Under the pieces are notes generated by a model. That model worked only from the letters and a program-made list of their open reading frames with translations. It ran no database searches and was not told the origin of the DNA. DNA of 64,000 nt from Octopus vulgaris (lineage: Eukaryota), in contig OX597823.1 in NCBI GenBank assembly GCA_951406725.2, positions 84,940,001-85,004,000 on the forward strand, read 5' to 3'. This document shows positions 13,117 to 26,414 of the stretch, piece by piece. How positions within the stretch are numbered: position 1 is the first letter of the stretch; every line of letters begins with the position of its first letter. The position numbers and the translations under genes are program-made.

Positions 13117-14035
13117 TTAAATATAAAAAAAAGATTAACTGATCGATCGTGTGTTTAATGTACTGGCTGAACAATCAATGTTTTTTTTTGTTAATCAAAG
13201 TTCTTTCGTCACTGTTCCCGACTTTTTCAGTGAGTTAGAGACTAAGAAGAAGTAGAATTGAGCCTGTGTGTATTTTATCGCTATTAGCATAATGACCTTC
13301 CCAAAACACAAAAAAAATTGAATCAACACACAAATTCACATCAAGAATCTTGTAAACCAAATACAAAAACGAAGAATCTATGTATACCTAACCCTTTAAT
13401 TATTCCCTGTAATTGGAAAAAGAATACCACACTTAACAAAATGGACAAACTCGGGAATCTGTGCGTTATCCTTGATATCTCTTTTAGTTATGCCAATATC
13501 TATTTGTAGTTCTACGATTAATTATTTCTTGTAATTAACTATAAACATCATGTTTCGTATATTGTATAAAGTCTTTCCCCTTCTCTTATTTATATTTAAT
13601 TTAGCTTTGTGTATCATTTGTGTTCCTCGCCATTTTGTAAATCCTTGTTTATGATTCAAGTGTAATGCGGATGATTGTAGTTTGATGGCAAATAAAAATC
13701 AAATTATTATAATTACATTTAGAATGACAGGATGTGGTTGGAACTCCATGAAACTCTCGACGCCGATACTTCCGTATTCGGCAAGATAAATAATAAATAA
13801 AACACGGCGTGACTCTATGCGTTCGAGATTGGTTTGCTTTACGGCAATGTCACAAATCATTATCGTTATTATTTTCATGAAACAGTGAGCAATACACACA
13901 CACACACGGCTTGGCGGTAAGAAGTTTGTTGCTGAACCACATGGTCTGGATTCAGTTAGTCCCTCTGTGTAGCGCTTTGAGTGTCTTATACAATAACCCT
14001 GGTAATACACACACACACACACGCACGCACACACA

Positions 14036-14429
14036 GGTGAGCTGGCAGAAACGTTAGCTCGCCAGGCGAAATGCTTGCCGGTATTTCGTCTGCCGTTACG
14101 TTCTGAGTTCAAATTCCGCAGGGGTCGACTTTGCCTTTCATCCTTTCGGGGGTCGATTAAATAAGTACCAGTTACGCACTGGGGTCGATATAATCGACTT
14201 AATAAGTTTGTCTGTCCTTGTTTGTCCTCTCTGTGTTTAGCCCCTTTTGGGTAGTAAAGAAATAGGTATTTCGTCTGTCTTTACGTTCTGAGTTCAAATT
14301 CCGCCGAGGTCGACTTTGCCTTTCATCCTTTCGGGGTCGATAAATTAAATACCAGTTGCGTACTGGGGTTTATCTAATCGACTGGACCCCCGCCTCTAAA
14401 ATTTTGGGCTTTCTGTCTAGAGTAGAAAC

Positions 14430-14430
<1 letters not shown>
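14036..14430 (+). mobile_element. SINE family A, two-unit copy
   Basis: ggtgagctggcagaaacgttagc...gagttcaaattccgc; partial or degenerate copies at 11530-11760, 12195-12295, 14495-14640 (-) and 14760-14980. Confidence 0.85.
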
Positions 14431-14481
<51 letters not shown>

Positions 14482-15235
14482 ATGTGTGTTTCATACTTAT
14501 TTCTTTATTGCCCACAAGAGGCTAAACATAGAGGAGACAAAGAAGGACAGACAAAAGGATTAAGTCAATTACATCGACCCCACTGCGTAACTGGTACTTA
14601 ATTTATCGACCCCGAAAAGATGAAAGACACAGTCGAACTTTAAAGAAGCCTAATTCTTTAAGAATTTGATATTGAAACGAAAATTTTCAGGCATCACACC
14701 TCAATATGATCGTCCTCCGTAATCGCAGAATGTCGTCAATGTTTTACATAGCTAGAGCAGTGAGATGACAGATTCCTTAGCACACCGGGCCAAATGCTAA
14801 GCGGTATTTCGTCCGTCTTTGCATTCTGAGTTGAAAGCCCTCCGCGGTCGACTTTGCCTTTGATCCTTCTTTTCGTGGGTGATAGAGGTCGATAAAATAA
14901 GTAACAGTTGAGCCCTGGGGCTGATGTAATCGACTTATCTCCACTCTGACCTTGCTGGCTCGTGCCAAAATTTGAAACCAAATCAGAAATAAGAGAGAAA
15001 TTATGAAATATTATGAAACACATATAGTAAGTATGGACACCATTTTATCGATATTAAACTCGTCAGGATTGTGCTTATTTACTTTCTATTGGAATGGTCA
15101 ATTGCGTAATTCTATTGCAGAAGGTAACTTAAATACTGAATAAATGGTCAAGGATAAAATAGGAACCGGGGTAGAATGTGTACTTGGGTTGATGTGATCG
15201 AACATGGATGCAGTCCATTTGATACCATCAATACA

Positions 15236-15968
15236 TTACTCTTTTACTTGTTTCAGTCATTTGACCGCGGCCATGCTGGAGCATCGCCTTCAGTCGAGCA
15301 AATCGACCCCAGGACTTATTCTTTGGAAGCCTAGTACTTAATCTATCGGTCTCTTTTGCCGAACCGCTAAGTGTCGGAGACGTAAATACACCAGCATCGG
15401 TTGTCAAGCAATGTTGGGAGGACAAACACAGACACACAAACATATACACACACATACATATATACGACGGGCTTTTTTCAGTTTCCGTCTATCAAATGCA
15501 CTCTCAAGGCTTTGGTCGGCCTTCAGTAGAAGACACTTGCCCACGGTGCCACGCAATGGGACTGAACCCGGAACCATAGGCATGGCTGTTGATTAATAAG
15601 CTTGCGACTACAGGACTTTGGATTCAATATAACTGCGCGAAACCTTGTGCGATTGACTTCTAGTATAGCTTCGAACTGACGAATCAGTTGTGAGTGAATT
15701 TAACTGGGGCAAACTGTGTTGAAACCGGTCGTATATATATATGTGTGTATGTGTGTGTGGGTGTGTTTGTCCCCTCACAAAACACATTTAACACTTGACA
15801 AATGGTGTTGTTCGCTTGCGTCCACGTAACTTAGCGGTTTGGAAATAGACAATAGTGATAATAAAATCAGAACCAGATTTAAAAGTATTTACAGGGGTCA
15901 ATTTATTCTACTGAAACCCTTCAAGTCGTTGCCTCAGTATGGTCGCAGTCTAATGACTGAAACAAGTA
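15236..15968. mobile_element. Head-to-head pair of family B SINEs (15236-15580 minus; 15581-15968 plus, older)
   Basis: Both align with 37121-37527 in opposite orientations. Confidence 0.75.
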
Positions 15969-15973
15969 ATAAG

Positions 15974-16042
<69 letters not shown>

Positions 16043-16044
<2 letters not shown>

Positions 16045-16325
16045 AGGCGCAATGGCCCGGTAGTCAGGGTCGTAGGCTCGCGGTTTCGATTCCCAGACCG
16101 GGCATCGCGAGTGTTTATTGACCGAAAACACTTAAAGCTCCACGAGGCTCCGGCAGGGGGTGCTGGCGATCCCTGCTGTACTCTTTCGCCACAACTTTCT
16201 CTCGCTCTTTCTTCTGTTGGCCTGCTCGCTTAGTCAGCAGGGTGGCGTCATTTGAAGGCTAATACAATGCGAAGCGCATTGTGACCAGCGATGTGTAGTA
16301 ACATCTGATAGCCTGGTCGATCACG

Positions 16326-16330
<5 letters not shown>
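16043..16330 (+). mobile_element. SINE family C, full length, inserted in (TA)n
   Basis: Head ggaggcgcaatggccc; tail gcgcattgtgaccagcgatgtgtag...tcacggtgat. Confidence 0.9.
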
Positions 16331-16412
<82 letters not shown>

Positions 16413-16861
16413 ACACTCACTCACACATATTTTCGCGGACACTTGTCTGTATGTGTGCGTGTATTTATTTAGGCAGTAATCCGTGTCATTGTTATAATTT
16501 GTATGAGATATCAAAGAAACATTGTCAGCTTGTTCTCTTTCTTCCGGTCGGTACTAAACCAACGATAGTGTGAACAGAAGAAAAAAGAAAAAACAAAACA
16601 AAAGCAAAACAGAAAAAACAAAAAGACAACTCAAAATACAAAAGAAACAAACGAAAACAAAGCAACAAACTAATAAACAAAACAAAAACAGAATAATTAC
16701 GGTAAGGGGCTACAAAATGGAGTATGTATTATAATATTGTCTGTTGGAAATAAGGCACAATATTGCGTCGCAGTCTACCATTAGTTCGGCTCTTAGGTTC
16801 TCCTCTAATTATAGTTAACTAGAGTGTTCTTTTGCATAAATACAGACTAAACTAAACTTAC

Positions 16862-16913
16862 CTCCCACAGCCCAACACATTTGTTTACCATTCTCGTCTA
16901 TTTCCATATCCAT
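16862..16913 (-). CDS. Candidate first coding exon MDMEIDENGKQMCWAVG (phase-1 donor), product unknown
   Basis: In-frame upstream TAA, gcaATG, 17 codons + G, consensus donor GAG|GTAAGT; TE-free unique sequence with a GA-rich upstream tract. Confidence 0.35.
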
Positions 16914-17157
16914 TGCTTTCCCCGGCACTTATTCTTTCAACGCTCCTTATTTCCCGTTAATTTCTTTGCTTCTTTTTGTTGCTGTTTTGTCAGCCTGTCT
17001 GGTTGTTACAACCCCTCTAATTATTACTGCTAACTTTCCCTCTCTCCCCTTTTCTTTATCTAATAATCCAACAAGGGATAATATTCACTTCATTTTCTTC
17101 TCTTCTTCTGTTTCCTCTTTCGTTACTCCTTCCTCTCTCTCTCCCCTTTTCTACCCA

Positions 17158-17200
<43 letters not shown>

Positions 17201-18039
17201 TTCTGTAATTATTGTCTCTCCTCAAACTCCTTCTCTCTTCGTCCCACACTATCTCTCTCGTTCTCAATCTCTCCCTTTAGTGACTCGGAACAAAAATAAT
17301 GAGAAAACAACAACACCACTCTTAAAATATGGAATATTCTGCAATTCTGCATTACGAAATGACATCACTTACGCAGGAACGCAGGATTATAAAAATGCTC
17401 ATAGTTCGCCATCTTGTTATTCGAAATTCAAACCTCGCAGTAGTTTTCTCTCCCTATTTTCATCCCTCCTGGGTCGAAATTATAAGTAGCTATAATATAT
17501 TTGCATTTGATACGATCGACTATATTTCTTCCTTCCTTCTAAATCTCTACTTTGCCACAAATCAAACGAAATCATTGCTAATGCAGGAACTTCGAGAATG
17601 GTAAAGCTCATTAAAACATTCTTTGTGTGTTTGTGTGTGTATGTTGAGGGGATGGAGATTATATCTATAATGATTGACTCCATCCATATTCAAAGTGGCA
17701 ATTTTTGCTATATGGAATTTAGATATAAAATGTGTCTCCTTACAAAAAATGTACGTTTGACGAAGTTCATATGGATATATTGGTTTCAAACTTTGGCACA
17801 AGGCCAGCAAGTCGGGGGGAGGGGTAAGTCGATTACTTCGACGCCAGTGGTCAACAGGTACTTATTCTATCGACCACGAAAGTTTGGAAGGTGAAGTCGA
17901 GACCCCGGCAGCATTTGAACTCGGAACGTTCTGACTTGGGAGAAATGTCACAAAGTATTCTGTCCGGCGTAGGAACGACTCTGCCAGCTTTAGTTGTTAT
18001 CAATAAAATAATTGTTGTTTAACCCAAGGAAATGTAAAG

Positions 18040-18380
18040 TCCAACACACGAAATCAGTTCTGCGAGTCAATGAAGGCGTCTCTACATAATTACTTGGTTT
18101 GCCAGATCCACCCATCTGTCTTCTCCTCACTAAATTCTTGGGAATGTGGTAGGAAAAAGGATCCTCAGACACCTTCTTCTTAGAGTCTGGTGAGAAACAA
18201 CCGTCATTGTGCCTTCCAGTTCGATTCCCAAGCATGACCGACAGAGACACTGGATATTATCCAACCATTTTGGTCTTGATCTTCCTCTAAATGTGCCGCC
18301 GGTTGACTCCGCTTGTAGAATTACGATTTTTCCCTGCAACATTCTAATCACATGTTGGTAATAGAGTAACTTTGGCCTCC
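18040..18380 (-). mobile_element. Decayed RTE-like LINE 3' fragment
   Basis: HVIRM...RGRSRPKWLDNI resembles the RTE C-terminal GRP..W.D motif; related copy at 32590-32885. Confidence 0.55.
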
Positions 18381-18469
18381 AAGTTGTAATTTTAAAATCG
18401 AACTCAAATCAAAAAGTAGCATCTCAAATATGAAAAATAAATTACACAATATATGTCAAAACACACTAT

Positions 18470-19672
18470 AATATTGATTTCAAATGTTGGCATAAGGGCA
18501 GCAATTTCGAGGAAGGAGATGAATCGGTTACATTGATCTCCGGTTCTCAACTGGCACTTATTTTTTCGATCCCGAAAGGACGAAAGGCAAAGTAGAGCTC
18601 AGCGGAATTTGAATTCAGTATGTAAATTCGGAAGAAATATTTACTTCTACTCGAGGCACAAGGCCTTGAAAATTTATGGGCAAGGAGCTATTCGATTATA
18701 TCGACTCCAGTGCGTAACTGTTACTTAATTTATCGACCCCGAAAGGATGAAAGGCAAAGTCGACCTCGGCGGAATTTGAACTCAGTTCATAACAGCAGAC
18801 GAAATACCTATTTCTATTTCCTTACTACCCACAAGGGGCTAAACACAGATAGGACAGACAAACGGATTAAGTCGATTAGATCGATCCCAGTGCGTAACTA
18901 GTACTTAATTTATCGACCCGGAAAGGATGAAAGGCAAAGTCGACATCGGCGCAATTTGAACTCAGAACGTAGCGGCAGACGAAAAACCTATTTCTTTACT
19001 ACCCACAAGGAGCTAAACACAGAGGGGACGAACAAGGACAGACAAACAGATTAAGTCGATTATATCGACCCCAGTGCGTAACTGGTACTTAATTTATCTA
19101 CCCGAAAGGATGAAAGGCAAAGTCGACCTCAGCGGAATTTGAACTCAGAATGTAGTGGCAGACCAAATACGGCTACGCATTTCGCCCGGTGTGCTAACGA
19201 TTCTGCCAGCTTGCTGCCTTAAATTCGGAAGAAATAATGCGTTTTGATTTTTAGAAGAATGGTTGGTTAGTCGAAGTAATCGATGCTAGTAATCGACTGG
19301 TACTTTCTATTACCGACCCCGAAGGAATAAAAGACAAAATTTAATTTTGTGGGATTTGAACGCAGTATGGAAAGAAGCGGTAGACATACAATATGGCATT
19401 TTACTTGACGTTTAAAACGATTCTTTCGGCGCCACATTAAAATTTTAAAACGAAATCTTTTCTACTATAGGTACAAGGCCTGAAATTTTAAGAGAGGAGG
19501 CTAGTCGATTACATCGACACCGGTACATGACTGGTACTTATTTTTTCGACCCCGAAAGGATGAAAAGCAGGGTAGACCTTGACAGAATTTGAACTCAGAA
19601 CTTATAATCGAGGCATGAAATATTATTAAGCGTTTTGCCCGGCGCGCTAACGATTCTGCCAGTTTGCCGCAT
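18470..19672 (-). mobile_element. Cluster of co-oriented family A SINEs and tandem units
   Basis: About six gaaaggcaaagtcgacc-type cores; heads near 19221, 19430 and 19670; another copy at 17780-17990. Confidence 0.85.
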
Positions 19673-19957
19673 TTAACAAATGCCTTTTGTTAAAAGTCCT
19701 TTCGTTACGATGTTCACTCTTAAGTTGACATTCGAACTTCACAACGAATGCATCTTTAATGCAAACTTCAAATTCTAGCTTTGAAAATTATGCGAGAATA
19801 CGAAAGAACCTCTAAGCGGTTGGTCACTTGTAAGAAATAGCAACCAAATCTAATAATCTAATTCGAATCACATACAACTACGTTATGTAGTTACACACAC
19901 ACACACACATACACATACACACATATATATATATATATATACACACATGTATATATA

Positions 19958-20365
19958 TTCTTTTACTTGTTTCAGTCATTTGACTGCGGCCATGCTGGAG
20001 CATCTCCTTTAGTCGAGAAAATCGACTCCAGAACTTATTGTTTGTAAGTCTAGTACTTATTCCATCTGTCTTCGCCGAACCGCTAAGTTACGAGGGCGTA
20101 AACACACCAGCATCAGTTGTCAAGCGATGTTGGGCGGGGGAGGGGTACAAACACAGACATACAAACATACACACACATACCTATATGTATACATACGTAT
20201 ACATATATACCACTAGCCCGCCTCTTTCAGATTCCGTCTACCAAATCCAATCAGAAGGCTTTGGTCGGCCAGAGGCTATAGCAGAAGATACTTGCCCAAA
20301 GTGCCACGCTGTGGGACTGAACCCGGAACCATGTGGTTGGTAAGCAAGCTACTTACCACATAGCC
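19958..20365 (-). mobile_element. SINE family B
   Basis: ttttacttgtttcagtcatttgactgcggccatgctgg...gctacttaccacatagcc. Confidence 0.9.
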
Positions 20366-20403
20366 GCACACACACACACACACACACATACACACACACA
20401 CAT

Positions 20404-20443
<40 letters not shown>

Positions 20444-20846
20444 GTGTGTGTGTACTGTACTTCATCTTCGAGATAGTACCGTACGTCGTTGCTTTCTACA
20501 GTGATACTTCCCGCTGTGCAGACATACGAATCTCTTCTAAGAAGGCAGTTAAACGAGAGACAATAGCAACGCATCTTTATTCAAACACTAATCAGAAGTC
20601 AGATAATGATGACATGTTTGCAGCCACGATTTATTATTTCAGTGTATGCACACATGTTTTTCTTTGGTGTATCTGGTTAAGCCGTTCTTAACCTTCTCTT
20701 ACTCCACTGTTATTAAAAACCCTCCTTGTAACGTAGTCTTATTTTCTAGGTCTCATCTATCCACTTATTCTAGTTTTTCAGTGTGGTTCTGAACGGAGAA
20801 CAATCCACTCAGGATTGAAGTTTCTTATTGAATAAAAGTGACTTAC

Positions 20847-21909
20847 CATCAAAGACTTCTCGATAAATAGAAATCCAGTTAAGAGGTTAGAGTTGAAAGC
20901 CGGAGAATGCGTCGTAGAAAGATGAAGTGATGAAAGTTCTAAAGAAGCTGGAGAGGTTCCACCAGAAATAATGGTGTTGATGTATGTCGGAAACCGGAGT
21001 TGATAGTGACATAAGTAGGATGGTAGCAATAGAATCTAATGAATATTATTTTGCTGTAAAAACCCGTCTATTGTGTTTCGAAAGAAAGGGTCAAGAAGCC
21101 AAAAATTCTCCGAGAATGCTCTGATTGTCGACCGTTCTATATGAAGTTTAAATTTATAACAAATAAAACAAATTAAAGAGGAAAAATACAATGCAAAGAA
21201 AACAAAATCAACAAGGATACAAATGTGGAAAGAGAATGGATGAAGAGAGAAATATTTCGTAGTAGGGTCGAGAATTTGTTTAATGGATCCTACAAACGAA
21301 ATGGGGGGAAGCGGTTTCGAATGTGTGGTGTAGTAGAAGTGGCTATGTGGAATAATTGAGGGAAAATAATATGATGCCTGAATAAAAAAAGGGGAAGGGA
21401 ACGGGAGGATGGATAAAGGGAAAAAAATGGATCGGGTCAGAGGAAAAAAACTACAAAAAACATCTAGTGTATGTGTGTGTGTATGAGAGAGAGGGGGAGA
21501 GAGCGTGGACATTGATTCGTGATTTCGTGTGTTTGTTTGTGAGCTTATGTGTGTGTGAGAGGGAGAGATAGTGTTTGTGAGCATGCTTCTGTATGTGTGT
21601 GAATATGTGAGTGTATATGTGTGTATGTGCATGTATGTGGTGTGCATTAATTTGTGTATGAGTCTGTTAGTTTGAGAGAGCAGAGTGGTGTAGGACTGTT
21701 TGTGTATGTGTGTGTGGTGTGTGCTTTGATTTGCGTGTGTATGTGTGTTTGGTTTTGAGCATGCTTGTGCATGGATGTGTGTGTGGGTGTGTGTGTGTGT
21801 GAGTCAAATAAAAATTAAAGGGAGGGAGGAGTAGTGACAAAGTAAATGGCTAAAATTAATGATAAACCTATAAAATGTTGTTGTCATCTTCAAATGGATA
21901 GCACAGGTT

Positions 21910-21942
<33 letters not shown>

Positions 21943-22350
21943 TAGGGAGAGGAGAAAGCGGAGGAAGGACGTTTGGTGGATGGTATTAAGAGTGTGGTAG
22001 TGAGGGAGTGACTGTTTCAAGGAGGACACTTGAGGAGGCACACGACAAAGAAGAGAGGTTGGGGTGGAGGAGAAGTAAGAGGAGACCTTAAACAATAACC
22101 TTGGAAGTGGAAGCAAATAATTCAGCAAAATCCACCCTTTCTTTCTTTCTTTTATTTTTCTAGTTTGTTTTCTTTTTCTCTGTTTCTTTTTTTTTGTTGT
22201 TGTTGTTGTTGTTTTGGTTTTGTGTCTGTTTCTGTCTCTCAAATACACAGACAAAGCGACGGGGAGAAAGGTTGAGTGTTTTAGATTTTAAAAGAAGTGG
22301 CGTAGAATGGAGCGGGAGACCAGAGAAGAGATGGAACAAATTGAAAGAGA
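20847..22350 (-). other. Candidate 5'UTR/first exon ending in ATG|GTAAGT within a SINE-free island; 5' boundary uncertain
   Basis: Minus ...AAGTCTTTGATG|GTAAGT at 20847; about 2.2 kb without SINEs, with CT/CA-rich minus-strand tracts; optional acceptor tttttacag near 21054. Confidence 0.3.
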
Positions 22351-22397
22351 GAGAGAGAGAGAGAGTGAGGGAGAGAGGGAGAAGGATAGCGAGAGAT

Positions 22398-22472
<75 letters not shown>

Positions 22473-22844
22473 ACAAAAAATGGAACTGCCAAATGAGGTT
22501 TTAGCCATCCTAGAATTAAACAGTGAAAATTGCAGAGATTGTTAAGCGCTTGAACATAATATGATAGAGAGAGTCGCGATATTATACACAAGGATGAAAT
22601 GTAGAAAACGGAGTGATAAAAATGCAGTATGTATAAATATTGAGTATATATAGAAAAATATTGTTTTATACAGAAGGATATAGAATGATCATATTTTAGT
22701 CCTAAATTAACTCTTTGCTTATATTGTTTATCACGTGATAAACAGAGCATAATTCCCGGGTGTCCATGCAGTATATATGATTCACATTCTCAGATTTTTT
22801 ACAACTGTCAGAATAACTTGAGATTTCTGAAGAGAAAATATTAC

Positions 22845-23486
22845 TCTTTCACTCTTATTCTTTTACTTGTTTCAGTCATTTGACTGTGGCCATGCTGGAG
22901 CACCGCCTTTGATCGAGCAAATCGACCCCAGGGCTTATGCTTTGTAAGCCTAGCATTTATTCTATCGGTCTCTTTTGTCGAACCGTTAAGTTACGGGGGC
23001 GTAAACACACCAGCATCTGTTGTCAAGCGATGGTGGGCGGGACAATTACAGGCACACAAACATATACACACATATACATATACAAATATACATGTATCCA
23101 AACATGAAAACACAAAGAGAAAACACAACAACGCGAGGACGTGGAACAAGTATAGTATTATTGGACGGTCAGGAAAGAAGGAAAGAAGGAGGGTTTAACG
23201 TTTCGAGCGGAGCTCTTCGTCAGAAACATAGGAAAAGGAAAGATCCAAAGAAGGGAAGACGGAGAAAAAGAAATCGCCAACATTATGTGACACGCGGTCA
23301 CATTATATATATATATATATATATATAAATATATACATATATATACGACGGGCTTCTTTCAGTTTCCGTCTACCAAATCCACTCACAAGGCTTTGGTTGG
23401 CCCGAGGCTATAGAAGAAGACACTTTCCCAAGGTGCCACGCAGTGGGACTGAACCTGGAACCATGTGGTTGGTAAGCGAGCTACTT
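22845..23486 (-). mobile_element. SINE family B interrupted in its microsatellite linker by a ~200-bp insertion (about 23096-23303)
   Basis: Tail half at 22845-23050 and head half at 23345-23486 are colinear with 37121-37527. Confidence 0.9.
23193..23227 (-). ncRNA. Minimal Penelope-type hammerhead ribozyme motif
   Basis: GUUU-CUGACGA-A-GAGC-UCC-GCUC-GAA-AC-GU-U-AAAC; stem I GUUU/AAAC, stem II GAGC/GCUC, loopless palindromic stem III ACGU. Confidence 0.75.
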
Positions 23487-23784
23487 TATTTCATTGAATT
23501 GGCTATAAAAGCCGTACATAGAGGCAGTAGCTGTGGGCTGGACACAAACACAATGATGATGTAATGAAAGAAATGGTTGGTGGAAGAAGCAGATAACGCC
23601 TACCGATTGTTGCATTCACGGAAACAGTGTTCTCTTTTTTTGAATAACAAAATAAAATGACGTATTGAACCTCTTTACCTTAGTTCAAAAATGGACGAAA
23701 TCGTCCTTACAAATTGAGGCGCTGAGCCACTTACCAAAAAATACAAATAATACAAATTCAAATTGAGGCATTAACGCCTCTTAC

Positions 23785-23859
23785 CTTTTCTCCCCGACCG
23801 GGCTCTACGCCTCTCGCGGTCAATCCTGCAGTTCCAAGTCGGGGCTCCAAAACGCAAAC
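23785..23859 (-). other. Candidate 75-nt GC-rich symmetric exon
   Basis: tatttag|GTTTGCG...GGAGAAAAG|gtaaga; open in phase 0 (VCVLEPRLGTAGLTARGVEPGRGEK) and phase 1. Confidence 0.25.
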
Positions 23860-24140
23860 CTAAATAGGTCCTTTGGAAAGGAGTCCATTACCCTGAACAA
23901 TTGCATTGTTTTACAACATTTTATTGCTTCTGGAATGATACCAATGTTTTCTTCGAAACATATGTCGGAAGTATAAAGATTTGATTAACACCTGCGTTTA
24001 ACTCCAATTACTTATTTATCTATGTAATACAAAAACATTTCACTAAAACCTGGAATTTCTACCTCTTTTTTTTTGCTACCCTGGAAACTATTTATTTATT
24101 TTCCCCGTGTTATTTGTAAACATTGAAAAAATACACATAC

Positions 24141-24190
<50 letters not shown>

Positions 24191-24203
24191 ACATATATAT
24201 TTA

Positions 24204-24266
<63 letters not shown>

Positions 24267-24718
24267 ATGTATATATATGTATGTATGTATATATATATAT
24301 ATACAATCTTTTTGCTGGCTCTCTTCAATAATCGTAATGATATTACCTCTTGAAATGAACGAATGATCCATGAACTGGTTACGAATACTTTGTTTACGCG
24401 ACCAATTTGAATAACTTGGTCGTGAAGGAAACGTGTGCTTGTGTAAAGAAAGAGACAGAGATAGACAGACAGATAGATAGATAGATAGTGAGAGGTGGAG
24501 AGAGAGAATGTGTGCCTCTAAATGTGTGTGTGTGTGTGAGAGAGAGAGAGAGGAAGAGAGAGGGAGAGGGAGAGAGAGAGAATGCGTGTTTAATAGAACT
24601 GCAAAGTGGTAAAGGCAACCAGACGAATGAACAACTATTAAGATGAAAGGAATTAAGCTTGTAAAAGGGAGAAGAATAAAGTTCTTTGACTGTTGGAGAG
24701 AGAGAGAGAAAGAGAGAG

Positions 24719-24760
<42 letters not shown>

Positions 24761-25248
24761 GGAGAGAGAAAGAGGGCGGAGGGAATGAGAAAAGGGATAG
24801 AAACAGACAGATAATTAAAGGTGTTATTTTCTTGTTTTAAATTCTGACTTCATTTATTAGATCCGCCATTATAATGCCTCCATGCCTGTCCTTGTTTAAA
24901 TAGAAAAAGAATGGACTCGACCTGGATCATATTCAGTTTGTTCACAATTCCATCAATGCAAACATAACGACTACACATCCTGCTTCTCTCTTTTTTTCCT
25001 CTTCCTCTTTATGCACTGACGCATGTGTACATATATATGTATAATGCATGAATGCATATGTGTGTATATATACATGTAAATGAAAAGATGTGTGCTGAAT
25101 AAAAAAGCGACGTAAAGTCTACTAAATGTAAAAACGTACAGGAGGCAAACGGGAGGTCCAAATTCTAATATTCAGTTTCGCACCTTGTGCTACGTCCTAG
25201 CGTTTGTTTTTTGCTTTTCTTTTCCCTTGAATTTTTTCTGTATTTTTA

Positions 25249-25305
<57 letters not shown>

Positions 25306-25347
25306 ACACACACATATATGTATACATATGCATATATATGTATATAT

Positions 25348-25408
<61 letters not shown>

Positions 25409-25429
25409 TTGGAGATGATGTACAGGTAT

Positions 25430-26110
<681 letters not shown>

Positions 26111-26290
26111 GGTATATACTCTCTCACCTCTGCCACTATCTGGCATATACAGGTGCTTACACTTATCAAGTATTCACTCTAAATTTACAGTACCTACTAT
26201 ATATATATATATATGTCCGTATGTATATCCGTATCTATGTAAGTACGAGATCTATCTATCTATCTGTCTATCTGTCTCTCTGTCTGACTG

Positions 26291-26354
<64 letters not shown>

Positions 26355-26355
26355 A

Positions 26356-26414
<59 letters not shown>

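Noticed and set aside
18650-19221. Regularly spaced repeats superficially like a CRISPR array
   Set aside because: Whole ~187-bp units repeat, there are no unique spacers and no cas genes, and the context is eukaryotic
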